A stretch of 64,000 bases of DNA from NCBI RefSeq assembly GCF_001194135.2, contig NC_068982.1, positions 107,518,804 to 107,582,803 of the forward strand. Direction: 5' to 3'. The position numbers and the translations under genes are program-made. This stretch comes from Octopus bimaculoides. Its lineage: Eukaryota. Positions 52,777 through 64,000 of the stretch are shown here, one piece after another (within the stretch, counting starts at the first letter, position 1; each line of letters begins with the position of its first letter). Under the pieces are notes generated by a model, which searched no databases, was not told the DNA's origin, and saw only the letters and a program-made list of their open reading frames with translations.

Positions 52777-53780
52777 GTTAGATTCTATTTATTTTAAACT
52801 ATTATATTATAGATGTATAAATTTCATTGTAATATTAAACTATTTTCAGCCATAATAACAAAACTTGGACATACGGTTAGGTGTTACGCTGTCTCTAGCA
52901 ATTAGGACAAACTGCATATTATCATAGTTAAAACTCAAAATTAGCATATTTAATGCAATAAGAACTAAGAAAGTGAATTACGGTTAATTATGTAGTGAGG
53001 AAAAGACAATACAGTTCAATAATAAATACTGTTTTACTTATTCTGACAAGTACAAGAGACAACTCCAAGCATGGTTTGGCCTTATTAAGCTTCAGGAAAG
53101 CACAGATTGTGTATTATCATATATTGGTTTGGTTCTACATAAGTTTAGATATTTGTTTTACACAATATTCTATTAGTTTGGCTGTTCATAATAGATCACA
53201 TAATCAAATTCATGGGCCATAAAAATCCTATTGATTTTACTGTAATGTTCATCTGACGGTAAAAAAAAACATACTTAGAAAAAGTCTATTTAAACAAAAA
53301 CTTTACAGTATTTAAAGTAATATTTTAAGAGAAGCCTGTGACAATGATTGCAACGTCATTGTGAAGTTAGCTTTGCAGCCATTGATTCTAGGTCCAAACC
53401 CACTATTATATAATATTATATTATGTGGGTGTGTGAGTGTGTTATATTTTGCTGTATGTATTGGTAAATGATACTAATGTATGAACATCAGTGAAAAATG
53501 GTTTTCTTTAAATTCCTTGTTACTGAGATTTCCTTGGTATTCACTGTCAGAATTGCAATAAATCAGCTGGCTCATTGGAAACTTGAAACTAATGTGGCTC
53601 TTGTTCACAAACTATGATATAAAATAATACAAAGTACATAGATAAGTTGTTAAATGGAAGACTCATTCACAAATACTTCACCATTATATGTATATATTCA
53701 AATATACAATTGAATACATGACATCATGATATTATAGCATATCAAGTGTAAAAGCAATAACAGGATGTAAGTTAATGGCT

Positions 53781-53985
53781 TACTGTATTTATGGCATATA
53801 AGATGCACTGTTTCCAAAAAATGTCTCAAGAAAATTGCCCTGGATCGTATATGTGAAGGTGGGCATCCCATAAGCTAACAATACTATATACTTTAATGCA
53901 CTAAAAACATTTTTCTTGAATGTACACTGCTGAGTTTGGGGGTGCATCTAATATGTCTGTGTCTTTTATGCCATTAAATACAGTA
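53781..53985. mobile_element. pogo/Tigger-like MITE
   Basis: TIRs tactgtatttatggcatataaga / tcttttatgccattaaatacagta. Confidence 0.7.
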
Positions 53986-54129
53986 CATTACTTTATCTTA
54001 AGTATGATGTTCAAGTTTTTTATGTTAAGTGAGGGCTGATATTGATAGTTGATATAGTGAGTGATGTGGTTTAGTTATCAGCTGATTGGATTGAGGTTTG
54101 AGATAGTAGACAATGAATAGAAATAAGGT

Positions 54130-54440
54130 AAAGACCTCCTTCGATCATGAATGACCATGGGATTACACCTAGAAAGTTACCCTCTGAAGCACAAGTCTAG
54201 GCAAGGTTGTTTATGGAAGACCAGCAGTTGCCCATGCATACTACCCTCACCTCTCCATGCTACCAATGTTATGGGAAAGGCAAAGGTCAATACAGCTTGG
54301 CACTAGTGATGCTGCAACTCATTTCTATAGTTAGGTGAACTGGAGCAACGTGAAATAAAGAACAACACATAGCCTGGTTTTGGAATCAAACTCACTACCT
54401 CATGACTTTGAGCCCAATGCTCTAAGCACTGAGCCATGTG
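54130..54440 (-). mobile_element. tRNA-derived SINE; a second copy at about 58100-58192 is truncated by a gap
   Basis: atgaccatgggatt.cacctagaaagttaccctct..gcacaagtc.gggcaaggttgtttatggaagac is shared between both copies; tRNA-like head at the right end. Confidence 0.8.
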
Positions 54441-54577
54441 CTGTGCTTTCACATGAATAGAAATAATAGACAAATACTTGAATGAAATTATTTATTATAT
54501 TTCTTTATAGTAAAAACCATGAGTTAAAAATGTTAATGTATTATAAGATTATTATTATTATTTTTATTTCATTCCAG

Positions 54578-54743
54578 TTCTGAAACAGCGGAATTAGATT
54601 TAGATGGACAAGGTGGTAAGATGTTTCTCCGGGTTCTTCTTAACCTGGTGATGCACAACTATCCTGCAGTTGTATCAGGAGCTCTCCAATTACTCTTCAG
54701 GCATTTTAGTCAACGGCAAGAGGTTCTTCAAGCTTTTAACCAA
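54578..54743 (+). CDS. ITPR: ITPR exon: [55 protein letters not shown]
   Basis: ttcattccag| acceptor, CAA|gtacat donor, 166 nt, phase 2 to 0. Confidence 0.97.
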
Positions 54744-54889
54744 GTACATATCAATTTTACCTTTTTCAAATGCCTTACCTCTCTTTCTGGATGATTTCAT
54801 TTCATAATTTTGTGTGTGTGTTTGTGTGTGTGTGTGTTTTAGAGATGTCAGTTTACAGCAGTTAGGTCTTTAGCTTTCTCAGATAATAA

Positions 54890-55130
54890 ACTTGCTTTTT
54901 AATTGTAATAAACTACCTTCCTTCTTGAGTCATGCCAACTCGCAAGGGCTGCTTTCCCAGTTTCATGGCGTATATGTTCCACACCTGCATGGGATACTCG
55001 TCCATCACAGGATTACTCATTTTTGCCAGCTGAGTGGACTGGAGCAAAGAAAAATGAAGTGTTTTGCTCAAGAATACAACACATTGCCTGGTCCAGGAAT
55101 TGAAACCACAATCTTAGAATCATGAGTCCA
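54890..55130 (-). mobile_element. tRNA-derived SINE with the conserved core ctcatttttgccagctgagtggactggagcaa
   Basis: Core shared with 9835-10125 and 54130-54440; ggaattgaaacc B-box-like motif. Confidence 0.75.
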
Positions 55131-55389
55131 ATACCCTTTTTTTTTTTTTTTTTTACTATATTCCAGTCACAGTATCAGTCAAAGTACTGGATTAGATGTA
55201 AATGAGTAACCCACCACCCTCAAAAATGCTGGCTTAAATTAGGAACAGTTAAATTTAATAACTTTTAATTTCAAATTTAATTTTTCAATGACTGAAAACT
55301 GAGATTTTGACCAATTTTGCATTACTGCCAAGGTAAGTAAAACTGATTATAATCTTAGTTTTTCTAAAATCAATTTCTTTGTTTCTAAG

Positions 55390-55563
55390 GTCCAACTATT
55401 GGTGTCTACAAGCGATGTTGAAAACTACAAACAGATTAAACGAGATTTGGATGACCTGCGCTTGTTGGTTGAGAAATCAGAACTGTGGGTGTATAAAGCT
55501 AAACCACCAGATGGCAAAAAGAAGAAAGCTGCAAAAGAAGAAAAAGAGGGTGGTTCAAAAAAA
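55390..55563 (+). CDS. ITPR: ITPR exon: [58 protein letters not shown]
   Basis: ttctttgtttctaag| acceptor, AAA|gtaaaa donor (3' boundary less certain), 174 nt, phase 0 to 0. Confidence 0.93.
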
Positions 55564-55759
55564 GTAAAATTTCAATTAACTTTTTTCCTTCCCTTTAATG
55601 TTATTTAACTTTTTTTTTTTTCTCTATTGTGTCATTCATTCAATTTTATTGTTCAAACAGAATGTAAGATGTCTTTTTTTAAAAGTTTCTCATAGCTCAT
55701 AACCCCCAATTATTTTATTAAATCATGAAATAAAGCAATGAATTGTCATGCTGTCCTAG

Positions 55760-56480
55760 ACCAGCTATAATCAAATAGACTTATGGCGTACATGTAATCA
55801 GCTGAAAGACTTGGTACAACTCTTCGATCTATTGTCCCAGACATAGCATGGTTCTACTGCATACTTCGACATTTTGCATGTTCTTGTACTGGACATTCAT
55901 AAGGTTCGACCACCTGAAAGGCTTTGCCTAAATTGCAGTGCAATAAGATCAAATTTATAACTGCATGGTTGTTTGGAAAATTTTTTGACCAAACAGCCAA
56001 GCCTGTATATTCTGTCCATAAAAAGATGGAACCTTGTCGTACTCCATTGGGGAAATTACAAATTTTGTGTGTTGCTTTTGTGCATTACATAAGTTTGGTA
56101 TCCAGTGTTTTGTGTCATTTCTTAAGGAGGTGTTGAATATTTTGTGTAAGTAGCTGGCAGGAAATGGAATCAAAAGCTTTGCTGATGTTAATGGTAGTTT
56201 TAATGTTGCAGTTGAGGTTGTCATGTAACTTCTATGTTGTATAAGTTATGTGGTGATTGAATGTAGTAACCTGAATATATGTTGGATTTAAAAGAAGGAG
56301 TGTGTGGATTATTGATGTGAAGTGTGCAGACAAAGTGATAGGTTTGTGTGATGCGGATTTTCCAGAGGATTTTGCAGGGCTTCAGAATTGTGATGATTTT
56401 GCCCAGTTTTCAGATTATGGGGATTTGGCAGTGTTGGAGTAAGAAATTATAGATGTTGGTGAGTGCAATGATTCCTCCAG
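55760..56480 (-). mobile_element. Degenerate non-LTR retrotransposon RT fragment
   Basis: The reverse strand encodes DISKAFDSIS (about 56150-56190) and NGVRQGS (about 56030); frameshifted. Confidence 0.65.
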
Positions 56481-56798
56481 GCCCTAAGTGTTTTGGTATA
56501 TAATTGTCTGTTTGTCAAGTCCTGAGACAGCACAACCTGCTACAGTTAGCAGGCAGATCTCTTTCAATATTTCCCCTACTATCTTAAAAATATAAAAAAT
56601 ATGAAGTTATTTAAAATGTGATAAATTTTGGGCACAATGATAACCAAATTCTGAAATTAATAATAAAATCCAGATATCAAGAGATGTTCTTAAACATATT
56701 TATCAGCTTGTATTTTGAAAAACGCTTTTTTAACAACTTTCTCATTTTACACATATATCTGTTTGCATTTCATAACACAATTTTTCTTCATTCTTTAG

Positions 56799-56837
56799 GA
56801 AAAAAGTGAATCTAAAATGCGAAAACAAAATGCCTGG
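56799..56837 (+). CDS. ITPR: Probable 39-nt ITPR exon in a variable linker: EKSESKMRKQNAW
   Basis: Strong acceptor tttttcttcattctttag| and consensus donor TGG|gtgagt. Phase 0 to 0 with no stop; continues the charged linker. No homology support. Confidence 0.7.
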
Positions 56838-57774
56838 GTGAGTTAAAGTTTTCATTGGTTTTTACTTTTAAAATTTTCATGAATAAAACAGTATTTAGAA
56901 AAATTAAATTTATCTATTAATCATTTTCAGGCTGCATATAATTTGTGAGCCCTTATTTTTATATAGAACTGCCATTTTGTTTTTGTCGATTCTTCCAGCA
57001 CATACTGTTGATACTACATTCTACTCATGTTCATCCTCATGCAGTATAAACACTTCACACTAGACTTGCACTAGCTCTGTGAACAGAAATATTGAGAATA
57101 TCCATCAATGGGACTATAACAAGCTTGTCTCTATTAACAATGCAAACACATAATTACCTTATGTACCAATGAAGTAGTTTTGTGCCAAACTTTCTCTACA
57201 AATGAACAACAAACAGATAACTAAGATCCCTTGAATTCACTTCATAGTTTAGTCCTCAATCTCTAATGATCTTTCAAAGCAACATCACACATATGTGATA
57301 TTATCAAAACAAAATCATAATGACTAGATTAACTTTTCAGGTTTAGAAAATGATTTAGCTTGGTTACTTGCTGAGTCTACAATGCACAAGATCCACATGG
57401 AATATTGTTGCAGTTACATTTACAAATATCTAAGTAAAGGCCAGCCAACTGATTGGCAAAGGGTCACTCAACAATGCACTACAACCACCAACACATAGCA
57501 ACATTGTTTCTTCTTTCTGTCTTTTGTTCAATAACTATTATTTACACCACACTTCTACCTGTTTGACCTCCAATCATTCTGAGAGAACTACAATGGAAAC
57601 TTTAGAAAATTAGGAAAGCAGTACATATAAAGCATATCACTAAGCTAATCCAATCAGTAAGCTCAGTGTTGATATCAGTTCAATTGGACTTTCCTATACT
57701 GAAAGGTAAATTTAAATAATAATTTATAATATTAGTAACCCTTAATTTAGAAGTAAAACTTTAAATCCAGTCTT

Positions 57775-57919
57775 GAATTGGAGGTGTGCGTACTTCCCAA
57801 CCACATGGTTCTGGATTCAGTTCCACTGTGTGGCATCTTGGGCAAGTGTCTTCTAGAGCCTCAGGCTAACCAAAGCCTCATGAGTGGATTTGGTAGACGG
57901 AAACTGAAAGAAGCCCATA

Positions 57920-57950
<31 letters not shown>
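57775..57950 (+). mobile_element. tRNA-derived SINE head with a (TA)n tail
   Basis: ccaaccacatggttctggattcagttccactgtgtggcatcttgggcaagtgtcttct...ggtagacggaaactgaaagaagccc. Confidence 0.85.
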
Positions 57951-57958
<8 letters not shown>

Positions 57959-58192
57959 AGTGAGTGGACAAACAAAAGAAGGGCACTCAACAAATTTATT
58001 GGGAGTTACATGTATGGATCAAAATATTTTGATTAAAATTCATTGGTACTCTTGAGTTTCAAGCACGACACTAGTCTTGAGCCATTTTGAATTTGAAATT
58101 CAAAATCAAACGAATGACCATGGGATTGCACCTAGAAAGTTACCCTCTTAGGCACAAGTCTGGGCAAGGTTGTTTATGGAAGACTAGCAGTC

Positions 58193-58785
58193 NNNNNNNN
58201 NNNNNNNNNNNNNNNNNNNNNNNNNNNNNNNNNNNNNNNNNNNNNNNNNNNNNNNNNNNNNNNNNNNNNNNNNNNNNNNNNNNNNNNNNNNNNNNNNNNN
58301 NNNNNNNNNNNNNNNNNNNNNNNNNNNNNNNNNNNNNNNNNNNNNNNNNNNNNNNNNNNNNNNNNNNNNNNNNNNNNNNNNNNNNNNNNNNNNNNNNNNN
58401 NNNNNNNNNNNNNNNNNNNNNNNNNNNNNNNNNNNNNNNNNNNNNNNNNNNNNNNNNNNNNNNNNNNNNNNNNNNNNNNNNNNNNNNNNNNNNNNNNNNN
58501 NNNNNNNNNNNNNNNNNNNNNNNNNNNNNNNNNNNNNNNNNNNNNNNNNNNNNNNNNNNNNNNNNNNNNNNNNNNNNNNNNNNNNNNNNNNNNNNNNNNN
58601 NNNNNNNNNNNNNNNNNNNNNNNNNNNNNNNNNNNNNNNNNNNNNNNNNNNNNNNNNNNNNNNNNNNNNNNNNNNNNNNNNNNNNNNNNNNNNNNNNNNN
58701 NNNNNNNNNNNNNNNNNNNNNNNNNNNNNNNNNNNNNNNNNNNNNNNNNNNNNNNNNNNNNNNNNNNNNNNNNNNNNNNNNNNNN
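58193..58785. other. Assembly gap (593 N)
   Basis: Run of N. Confidence 1.
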
Positions 58786-59700
58786 AATCTAAAATACACT
58801 CTCCTTCATTTTCTACGATACTCTTCTATCTGGTAGATTTACAAGGCCCCTCTTTCAAAATTCACTTGTCTGTGATGAAAAATACTCTCCCAGTACTGTT
58901 CTGACCTCATCTACAGAATTCATATTTTTTCCGTCCAAATGATTGAACTGCAGAATAAATGGTAATCAGATGGGGTAATGTCCGGCGAATATGGTGGTTG
59001 GGGCATTGTTTCCCATTCAAACTGCTCCAGCCTTTGGAATGTCATCCTTGCTGTATGTGGCCGAGCATTATCCTGATGGAAGAACACCTTTTGTCTTGAA
59101 ACCAAAGATGGTTATTTTCTTCTAGCACTGACTTAAGCTGTTCGCAGTAGATCTGAGGTCCTGGTGTTGCTCCTTTTCCTGCCCACTGTCTTTGGTGCTT
59201 GACAATTTTACAGAGAATCCATTTCTCATCACCAGTCACTATTCAGTCCCAAAAAGGTTCATTGGTGAGATGTGACAGCAAAGAAGAGCACACATTCACT
59301 CTCTGCATGCAATTAGACTCAGAAAGTTTGTGAGGAACTCATTGACCTAATTTGCTGATTTTCCGCTGGCACACAGGTGTCGATGAATGGTTGAATGAAC
59401 AAATCCAAGCTTCTCTACTAGTTCCTCAACAGTTACAATGGGATTTTGTTCCACCAGGTTTTGCAGGATGTCCTTGTTGAGCTCTACAGGTCTTCCAGGA
59501 CGAGGCTCGTCTTCTAGGCTGTAGTTTCCAGCTTGAAATTTCTGGAACCACTGTTGACACGGGCTTACGCTTATTATCTGATCCCCATATACTGCATTAA
59601 TATTCCTCACACTTTCTGTTGCATTGTTGCCTTTATTGAACTCATAAAGCAAAATATGTCAAATATGCTCCTTTGTCACTTCCATTATAGCTTTGAAAAA
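58786..59700 (-). mobile_element. Degenerate mariner transposase (Hsmar1/SETMAR-like)
   Basis: MLYEFNKGNNATESVRNINAVYGD..., DEPRPGRP, *VPHKL, TGDEKWIL, HQDNARPH, PPYSPDITPSDYHLF. Stops, frameshifts and an internal deletion. Confidence 0.92.
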
Positions 59701-59838
59701 GTAACTGTTAAAATCGAACTCTTCAAAACTTGCACTAAGAATAAGGAAAAAGGTAAAATTACTACCTGCTTTTATAGCAAGTTGATGCAGGTAGTTTATC
59801 CCGTCCCCCTCCAACTTTTAGTTCATACAATTGAAAAA

Positions 59839-60555
59839 NNNNNNNNNNNNNNNNNNNNNNNNNNNNNNNNNNNNNNNNNNNNNNNNNNNNNNNNNNNNNN
59901 NNNNNNNNNNNNNNNNNNNNNNNNNNNNNNNNNNNNNNNNNNNNNNNNNNNNNNNNNNNNNNNNNNNNNNNNNNNNNNNNNNNNNNNNNNNNNNNNNNNN
60001 NNNNNNNNNNNNNNNNNNNNNNNNNNNNNNNNNNNNNNNNNNNNNNNNNNNNNNNNNNNNNNNNNNNNNNNNNNNNNNNNNNNNNNNNNNNNNNNNNNNN
60101 NNNNNNNNNNNNNNNNNNNNNNNNNNNNNNNNNNNNNNNNNNNNNNNNNNNNNNNNNNNNNNNNNNNNNNNNNNNNNNNNNNNNNNNNNNNNNNNNNNNN
60201 NNNNNNNNNNNNNNNNNNNNNNNNNNNNNNNNNNNNNNNNNNNNNNNNNNNNNNNNNNNNNNNNNNNNNNNNNNNNNNNNNNNNNNNNNNNNNNNNNNNN
60301 NNNNNNNNNNNNNNNNNNNNNNNNNNNNNNNNNNNNNNNNNNNNNNNNNNNNNNNNNNNNNNNNNNNNNNNNNNNNNNNNNNNNNNNNNNNNNNNNNNNN
60401 NNNNNNNNNNNNNNNNNNNNNNNNNNNNNNNNNNNNNNNNNNNNNNNNNNNNNNNNNNNNNNNNNNNNNNNNNNNNNNNNNNNNNNNNNNNNNNNNNNNN
60501 NNNNNNNNNNNNNNNNNNNNNNNNNNNNNNNNNNNNNNNNNNNNNNNNNNNNNNN
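59839..60555. other. Assembly gap (717 N); smaller gaps at 16499-16508, 19233-19242, 35595-35659 and 37588-37597
   Basis: Runs of N. Confidence 1.
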
Positions 60556-60579
60556 ATATATATACATATATATATATTA

Positions 60580-61310
60580 ATAATAAGGACACATTAAAGG
60601 GTCTTCCCGCTAGAAATGAGAATTAAAATAGCTATACAATTAAAATTATGTTAATCATAAGGATACATTAAAGTGTCTACCTGCTAGAAATGAGGTTATA
60701 ATGATTAATATAATTTTAATTCTATAGCTACATAAAGCTTATTTAGGCCTGCAACCACCTATATTAATGTTGTTGTTGTTATCAACTATTTGTATTGCCT
60801 TTGAATAAAATAACGATATTAATATCTATATAAATATTCGCTTCTGAATATTTCACTGCTGGTTAGTACTTTTCACATTGAGGTTGTCCGCATTTTGGCG
60901 CTAAGAAATTCAGAACACCAGCAGATTTCAACATTTTGGATTGGGAAAGTGTTTCAAAGGGTTAAGATGTACTGAAGAAGGTAAGATTTTTGTATCAAAC
61001 CAGAAACCGGTCCACATATATACCTGTACCATTAAATATATAGCTTTATGCTATATAGGTATGTGGGAGAATTTTTTGGTCCACTTACTTGTATACTGTT
61101 GAATCTGTTATTTTCAGTGTTAATGTTTTGGTGGTCCAAATGAAGATTTTAACTCTCATTTCTAGTGGGTAGACACTTTAATGTGTCCTTTTTAATTTTA
61201 TAGCTATATAATGCTTATTAGGCCTGCAATCACCTATATTAATGTTGTTATTACCAACTATTTGTATTACCTTCAAGAATAATAGCAACATTAATAATAT
61301 ATAAATATTT
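60580..61310. repeat. Rearranged local repeats (direct and inverted)
   Basis: 60581-60620 and 60660-60695 are direct copies and the reverse complement of 61154-61190. About 60712-60838 is repeated directly at about 61191-61310, and 60627-60660 is inverted at about 60698-60730. Confidence 0.8.
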
Positions 61311-61639
61311 ACTGTTGATATATAAATATATATGTATGTATGTATGTATATTTGGGGCAGAGTAGAACATTTATTTAGTATTTCATTTCCATTAAGGGAA
61401 AACATATTAAATACAAATATAAAGGAGAAATACTTTATTCGGGTGCTTTTATCACATCCTTTGGAAGACATAGATGGTATTAGAAATAACATGCAATACC
61501 TCTACTAAGACAAAGTAAGAAAACCATTTGTTTCAATATGAAACATAAATGCAAGATGATAAATAAAATATTTCTATTATTAACTGGTTTTGATAACGTT
61601 AAAGCACTTCTTTTAAAAAATGTCCTGTTTTTTCTACAG

Positions 61640-61780
61640 ATCCTATTGCGCCTTACTAAACTGTGTGTCCAAGAAACATCAGAGGGAAATAAAAAGCCAA
61701 GGAAACATGAACAACGATTACTTAGGAATATGGCTGCTCACTCTGTTGTTTTGGAATTGTTACAAATTCCTTTTGATAAG
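61640..61780 (+). CDS. ITPR: ITPR exon (ARM2 region): [47 protein letters not shown]
   Basis: tttttctacag| acceptor, AAG|gtaagc donor, 141 nt, phase 0 to 0. Confidence 0.97.
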
Positions 61781-61924
61781 GTAAGCCTGTTTAGCATTTT
61801 ATGGATTTTCAAAAATATAAACATTACAATCAATTTGTAATTTATTTATCTTTTATTATTGCTGTTATAAATATTTTGACAATGGCTGAGTGTTAAATGT
61901 GGCTGGAATACTTTTTTTTCTTTT

Positions 61925-62141
61925 CTTTTCTACTCTAAGTACAAGGCCCAATTTTTTTTTGAAGGGGGAGGGCAGTCAATTAGATCGACCCCAGTATGCA
62001 ACTGGTACTTAATTTATGAACCCCAAAAGGATGAATGGCAAAGTCAACCTTGGTGGAATTTGAACTCAGAATGTAAAGACAGACAAAATACTGCTAAGCA
62101 TTTCGCCCGGCATGCTAACGTTTCTGCCAGCTCGCTGCCTT
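61925..62141 (-). mobile_element. Well-preserved (ATT)n-family SINE
   Basis: Reverse complement of the 42893-43108 unit. Confidence 0.9.
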
Positions 62142-63319
62142 AATGTGGCTGGAATACTGACAAAGTGAAAGTGTATGGCTTTGTGTTTAAGGTGTTGTAC
62201 TCATCATGGTTTCAGTTTCCAAACTGGTTTGTGTTACATTTCATGTTGCTACTGTCCATTTAACTGTAAATGAGTTCCAACAATAGTTGGGAGGTTAACC
62301 CTGTGATGGACTGGTGTCCCATTCAGTGGGGAGTGTTGCAATCCAGACCTTATACACCATGAAAATCAGGTTAAGCTCTGTTCTTCTGAGATCTAAAACT
62401 CATGACAGACCTGAGTATTAACAAACATGTTAAAACATGATTAAATTTCTAATTCAGATATTGGCTTGTGTTAACATTTAGATTCAATAAAACAGAAAAT
62501 ATCTGAGATATGTAATTTCAATGAAATAATATTGTATATTGTTGCACAGACTCAGTTAATATATATTAGCATGGAAAATAATGCTATAATGATGACATCA
62601 ATTTAATATATTCATTGCTTTTATTCATCAATATCTATAGCCTCTTTAAGGCAGTGGATGGGCAGAACTATTAGCGAACTGGGAAAAATGCTTAGCAGCA
62701 TCTCATCTGTTTTTACATTCTGTCAACTTTGCCTTTCATTCTTTTAGGGTTTTTGATTACATCAGTGGTACTGATGTAATCAAACTTATCCCATCAATGT
62801 AATCAACTTACCTCATCCCCTGTGAAGGGATATTTATGGCTTCTGGGATTTTTAATATGAAACACTAATTTAAGAAATATTTATCTCGCAGTTCATTGGA
62901 TCATGTTAAAACACAGAATACTGTATTATTTGCCACAAGAGGATCTCTCATATGGATTTGTGGTTTATATTACTGGTGTCCAAGTAATTATACTACCATC
63001 TGCTACAGCCACCAGAACTGCTGGATCACATGATTTCAGCCTTCCTCAAGCTTCTCAATGGCAAGCATCTGGCTAGACATAGCAGCTGATTTTGTGTTCT
63101 ATCTCAATATCCACTTTAAGTGGGAGATAAATATCACCTTTTGGTACTGGTACTACTTCTTTCACTATTGATTATTTTTATTAATCAAAGTAGACTTACG
63201 CTAGTGCCAAATTTCAGTGGTTTCTGAGTTTTGAATTCTTTTCTCAACGTTATAGATATATAGATTTCATTTTGTTTAGGAATAAATAACCTTTTGGTTC
63301 TTTTGTAGTGTTTCTACTT

Positions 63320-63353
<34 letters not shown>

Positions 63354-63768
63354 ATGTGTGTGTTGGGAAAAAAGTAGAATAGTGTTAGGAAGTCTCAGCT
63401 TTGTTACTGGGATGTTCAAGACTTAACAGGCCAGGGTTTTTTTTCTCCTTTTTAATTATGATTCCCAAAGCAGGTATTTATAATATTACCAATGTTGTTT
63501 TGCTGGAATTTCAGCAAAAGTTTAAACTTTACAGTTTCTTTAAAATAGTAAAATTCGAAAATCTAAATATTTCAATGTTGAGTGTAAGACTCAATAAACT
63601 TGAAATAGTTTTGAAAGTCAAACTTCTAGGCTGATGCTGTTTTCAGCTAAGAGTCTTGCATTAGTATTTAAAAGTATGCAATCTGCGCAGCACAGTTTGT
63701 ACCAGATAATGAATTACCATCCTTCATTAGTGTTATCCCTTCTCTGTGAAGTGATCAAGATGTCTACT

Positions 63769-64000
63769 CTCTTTTACTCTTTTACTTGTTTCAGTCATTT
63801 GACTGCGGCCATGCTGGAGCACCGCCTTTAGTCGAGCAAATCGACCCCAGGACTTTTTCTTTGGAAGCTTAGTACTTATTCTATCGGTCTCTTTTGCTGA
63901 ACCGCTAAATTACAGGGACGTAAACACACCAGCATCGGTTGTCAAGCGATGTTGGGGGGACAAACACAGACACACAAACATATACACACACACACACACA
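63769..64000 (-). mobile_element. tRNA-derived SINE 3' part running into a (CA)n tract at the window edge
   Basis: Nearly identical to 35424-35594. Confidence 0.88.

Larger units (their letters stand above)
11770..61780 (+). other. ITPR: Inositol 1,4,5-trisphosphate receptor gene, internal portion (both ends lie outside the window)
   Basis: Chain of GT-AG exons whose phases join in frame. The translation matches IP3R family motifs: [124 protein letters not shown]. Confidence 0.98.

Noticed and set aside
55304-55338. Perfect donor AAG|gtaagt 57 nt upstream of exon 55390
   Set aside because: The only nearby acceptor (gag at 55301-55303) gives a 29-nt frameshifting segment, and further upstream options contain stops. 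Likely a chance match.
58087-60597. Long ORFs of 219-354 aa in the track
   Set aside because: They consist mostly of X from assembly gaps.
9900-63900. tRNA-like A/B-box sequences
   Set aside because: They are heads of tRNA-derived SINEs; no intact cloverleaf tRNA gene was recognised.
61781-64000. Next ITPR exon (AHEFLQNFC...)
   Set aside because: Not found in the remaining 2.2 kb; presumably beyond the window.

Overview
AT-rich eukaryotic genomic DNA, almost certainly an octopus: the repeat landscape fits (tRNA-derived SINEs with (ATT)n or (TA)n tails, RTE LINEs with (GAT)n tails, mariners), and six N gaps point to a draft assembly. The window holds an internal part of one large + strand gene, an inositol 1,4,5-trisphosphate receptor (ITPR/IP3R). 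I could chain 17 clearly homologous GT-AG exons in frame from 11770 to 61780, plus a 39-nt exon with strong splice sites at 56799-56837. Together these give about 800 codons, from the IP3-binding core (about residue 385 in rat IP3R1 numbering, recalled from memory) into the ARM2 region. The IP3-contacting R504/K508/R511 and Y567/R568/K569 equivalents are intact. The most interesting observation lies in the 21-kb intron right after the IP3-binding core. Three small phase-compatible candidate exons (28817-28843, 29655-29683, 31199-31296) sit in a transposon-poor stretch. Spliced after exon 18397-18569, they would end the protein with 50 new residues and a stop overlapping AATAAA. That predicts a soluble, channel-less IP3-binding isoform (a natural 'IP3 sponge'), which is a hypothesis needing RNA evidence. 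Other points: a 27-nt microexon with neural-type splicing signals, apparent loss of a conserved linker helix, a 24-nt in-frame GT-AG segment inside an exon, candidate restorative A-to-I sites, and one expected exon that is either hidden in a gap or carries a TAA. All comparisons with other ITPRs are from memory, not from a database search.
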